DNA of 64,000 nucleotides from Podospora anserina (lineage: Eukaryota), in assembly GCA_017654855.1 (NCBI GenBank), contig CM030336.1, forward strand, positions 3,596,001 to 3,660,000, read 5' to 3'. Both the position numbers and the translations under genes were made by a program. Of this stretch, positions 60,462 through 64,000 are shown in pieces (within the stretch, counting starts at the first letter, position 1; the number at the start of each line of letters is the position of its first letter). A model generated the notes under the pieces. That model had not been told where the DNA came from. It ran no database searches and saw only the letters and a program-made list of their open reading frames with translations.

Positions 60462-62162
60462 TCACGCAGCAGGCAAGTTAAGCTTGTTATTCCCCTTCTT
60501 GGTCATAACCTTGGTAATAGCATGCCTGATCGTCTGCCCCGCCTTCTCGATGTCCTTCTTGCTCAAGCCCGAAGTGACACACACCTTGAGCGCAGGCTGG
60601 ACAATCCAGCTCCCATCCTTCAGGCTGTTATGAGTAGAAATGCTCATCCCCTTGAGCCTGGTGATCAAAACCCCGTTCGCAAGAGCCTATATTACACCTC
60701 GTTAGTTAAACCAAACTCATGTTCGGTGCCAAGACGCAGGGGGGAAACAAACATACCTCATCCACACACTCCTGCAGCAACCTCTCCTGGTCCTCCAACT
60801 CCAACCTCCTCGCCCTCACCACCTCCTCCCTCAACACCAAAAGCTGCACCGGGTTCTCCGCCGCGCTCGTGCAGACAACCCACTCGCTCCTCCCCTCGGC
60901 CAGCTGCCCCCTCAACAACCTGACATTCTCCCTGCACCCCGCCAAAATCTCGGGGTTGCTCTGCAACACATTCAAGCTCTCGCTCGCCGTCATGGCCAAC
61001 ATGGCCGGCAGCGCCGCAGAAAAGGTGTACGCCGCCGCCGCGATCCTCTGGTGCTCAACCACATCCCCATCCCCCGCGCAAAACCCACCCCCCGCGCACA
61101 GCGGCCCAGCCAAGCTCCCCACGATCATGTCAATCTGCGTCGGATCAACATTCTGATGCTCCGTTAACCCCCTCCCCGTCCGCCCCAGCACGCCAAACGA
61201 CCAAGTCTCGTCCAGAATAATCCTAAACTTGTACTTCTCCTTCAGCTCCACCAGCTTGGGCAGATTATTCATATCCCCGCACGTCTCAAACAGTCCCTCG
61301 GTGACAATAAACCGTCTGGTCAGCTTGCCCTTCTTCTTCTGCTCCGCCACAACGCCCCTCATGACTTGCTCCAGGTCCTCAAAGTCGTTGTGGTTGTACC
61401 ACCTGATGTTGCTCCTGCTGATCTCCAACCCTCTCCGAATAGAGTAATTGACCGCCCTGTCAGCCACGATAACATCCCCGCGTTTGCAAAACGCGGGAAT
61501 CACGGACGAAATCGCCGAAAAGGCCTGGGCGTAGACGATGCACTTCTCTGTGCCTAGGTAGCTCGCGATATCGGCCTCGGCCTTCATGTGCACGTCCTGC
61601 GTTCCGTAAAACTGGGGAGGACCGCAGGGCCCAACGCCGTACGTCCGAAGAGTGGCGATGGCTTTCTCCTTGATTTGCTCGTTGGCGTTGAGGTTATAAA
61701 AGTTGTATGAGGCGAGGTTGGTGACGGTTTTGCCGGTGGAGAGTTTGGATTTGGGGCCCGAGGGGCCGACGAGGATGGGGAGTTTCTCGAGCGAGGTTTC
61801 TTCTAGGGGGGTGAGAGGGGCGACGAGGGGTTCGGGGGTCCATTCTTCGACTAGTTCGTCGATTTCCTTGAACGGGGGAAGGGGGGAGGTTAGTAGAGGT
61901 TATTGTGGGGGAAGGGGGGAGAAGGACGTACGTCTTCGGTGAGCTTGACGTAGTTGACCTTGCTGGTCGAGTAACTTGGGCTGAGGAGATAGCGGATGAA
62001 GAAGATGACCAGCACCAGCTCGATGGCGGATCTGACGGGGTCGTTTTGGTAGCTGGACCTGACATAGCGGATGAGGACTGCGCTGCCGGGGACCTTTTGG
62101 AAGGTGGTCGCCGCGTGGTCGAGAAAGAGGTTGAGGCGGGTTTGGAGGTCTTGGAGGTCCAT
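60462..62162 (-). CDS. LCB1: Serine palmitoyltransferase subunit Lcb1; introns 61931-61867, 60756-60687
   Basis: YVRSSYQNDPVRSAIEL, YGVGPCGPPQFYGTQDVH, FRIILDETWSFGVLGRTGRG, YTFSAALP; no PLP lysine (GSLAGPL), as expected for Lcb1. Confidence 0.95.
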
Positions 62163-63266
62163 GTTTGCTGTTCCTCCTCCTGCCTGTGCTTGTTGTTTCA
62201 AGATCGATCTGGTATGTAGGGGAAGACACAGGATCAACAGATCAATCGCATTGGTCAAACCCGCTCGCTCGTCGCTGAAAAGAAAAGGAGAGTGTAAACG
62301 CCGTTCCGTCAGGTAAACTCTTCAAATGCTTGTCGCGTTCGTGTTGCGGTGTCGGTGTCGTGTGGTAAGTTGCAGCTGGGGAAAAATATTCCAGCAGCAG
62401 CAGCAAGCAGCAGTGGTGGTAGCGGTCGCGCGCGCCGCTAGGGTGACAACACAGCACACCACGGCACAACGGCAGCCTCGGAAAACAGGGGGTCGGTCCC
62501 ACACACGTCAGACCAGTGGCTCGGAGCTCTGTAGACCCACCCCACTTTACTTTTTTTCCTCTTGTTCTCAAATCCCGTTCCCGACTCAGGGGCAAGTTCT
62601 CTTGGCATCTCAAATCAGTTCAGGGGCAACCAAGATATTTCCATTAGATACCCTACTCTCAATCATACACACATTCAAGAACTCATCAATAATCATGCCC
62701 TCTTTGCTCAATGACTCGTAGCCATCCATCCTTATTGAACCCATTACATTACGTAGTAGCACATCGACGACAACACACACAAGCAATCATCTTGAAAAAC
62801 ACGCAATGCTTCAAAGGTACTTGGACAAATATGCAACAACGCAACCCAACAATGCCATTAATCCGCATTAAGTAACTTTCAGAAGACCACATAACAAAAA
62901 GCAGCAGAGACAGGGAAATTGAGCTAAGCGTCTAGAATAATAATAAAAAAGCCCACTTGTGTGTATGTGATACCAATGCCTTCCGCCAACCCCAAAATCA
63001 AAAAATCAAAAAAAAAAAAAAAAAAAAAAAAAAGAGAGAGACAAAAAATCAAAATGAAATGATGCTCATGCTGCCAGAGGTTTGCTGTCGAGTTCCAAGA
63101 ATACAACATTTCTTTTCATGACAAAAACTCCCCGGGACCACTCCCCATCTCCCTATTCTTTTCCTTGACCAAAGAGAGGTCCGACAAAATCCCATATGGT
63201 TACTATTAAAAATTGTACAAAGTCGTGGCCTCGCGCGAGGCTGACCAAGCTGGCGCTTTGCTTTGC

Positions 63267-64000
63267 TTAAAAGAGTCTGTCGTTGGTGCCCGCAGTCTCG
63301 GCCGGTCTTTTCGCCGCAACTGTCGTTGGGGTATAGGCACCACTGTAGCTCGGGCGACCGGTACCGGTCATGGTGCTGTTGCGGGTGTTGTCCTGATTCA
63401 CATCAGGCTGCAACAACACCATGTCGCCAAACTTCAACGTCTTTTCCAGAGTCGGCATGATGAACTTGCCGGCAACGAGCGGGCCGGCGATCAAAGCGGC
63501 AAACAAGATGAACATGGTGAAGTAGAGGATCGAGTAACGCAGGACGCGTCTCCTCCTCAACTTGGTCTGCTTCATCGAGTAAATCGGAGGCCGGATTTGA
63601 CGACTGTCAAACATGTCAGCGTGGTCAGCGATGAAGACGGACGAACGAGGACATACCTTGGGCGGAGCCAGAAGAGCATCATGGAGTGCAGCTTGTCAAC
63701 CTGAGGAATGAGAATGACAGGGAGCATGAGGAAGAGGATGACATGACCGAGGACAAAGTCGGCCGCGAACATGCTCAGCTCGGTGATCTTGCACAGGAAT
63801 TCACGGGCGGGCTGAGAAACGGTGTGCCAGCCGAGAGAGTACCACTTGCCGGTCCAGAAAGCGATGTTGGCGGCATCCGTCTTCATTTCTCTGGTCAAGC
63901 ACAGAGTGACGATGACCTTCAGGATGAAGCGCTGGAGAGCGAGGACAGCAATCATGCCCAGGAGCGTCCTGGCAAAGTCGGCACGCTGCAGGAAGAACAT
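63267..64000 (-). CDS. FKS1: 1,3-beta-glucan synthase FKS1, C-terminal part; 5'-partial; intron 63656-63604
   Basis: [75 protein letters not shown]. Confidence 0.96.

Noticed and set aside
62996-63033. Long poly-A run as a retroelement tail
   Set aside because: It lies in the FKS1 3' region with no adjacent LINE/SINE body or target-site duplication; it is a simple homopolymer.

Overview
This is intron-containing genomic DNA from a filamentous ascomycete. Short GT..AG introns with CTRAC/CTAAC-type branch sites and the gene content suggest Sordariales, Podospora-like; the taxon is an inference. The core genes are: the 3' end of a sulfite-oxidase-family gene, a Gde1-like SPX-ANK-GDPD gene, a UapA/UapC purine permease, an alpha/beta-hydrolase-NB-ARC NLR-like gene, PML1/SNIP1, an Ariadne RBR ligase, SCOT, a type-II peroxiredoxin, DUF167, DAM1, CSR1, PDAP1/PP28, mitochondrial IF2, TSR3, GGA, LCB1 and the 3' end of FKS1. 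Two accessory-looking islands interrupt them. The first (~35-47 kb) holds an intact co-oriented three-gene cassette (76-aa protein, CorA-like two-TM protein lacking GMN, protein kinase-vWA fusion), followed by a pseudogene and an AT-rich 21-bp repeat. This cassette is the best candidate for an undescribed signalling/conflict module. The second island (~11.5-15.5 kb) holds a decayed paralog of the same kinase, sharing an intron position, converging on a second pseudogene. Other leads are a possible non-AUG (ATT) initiated NLS-like N-terminal extension on the Ariadne ligase, a possible mitochondrial membrane-anchored isoform of CSR1, and a HeLo-like-ankyrin gene that shares a promoter with Pho4/NUC-1-type motifs with the Gde1-like gene. 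Splice models were read by eye and no database searches were run.
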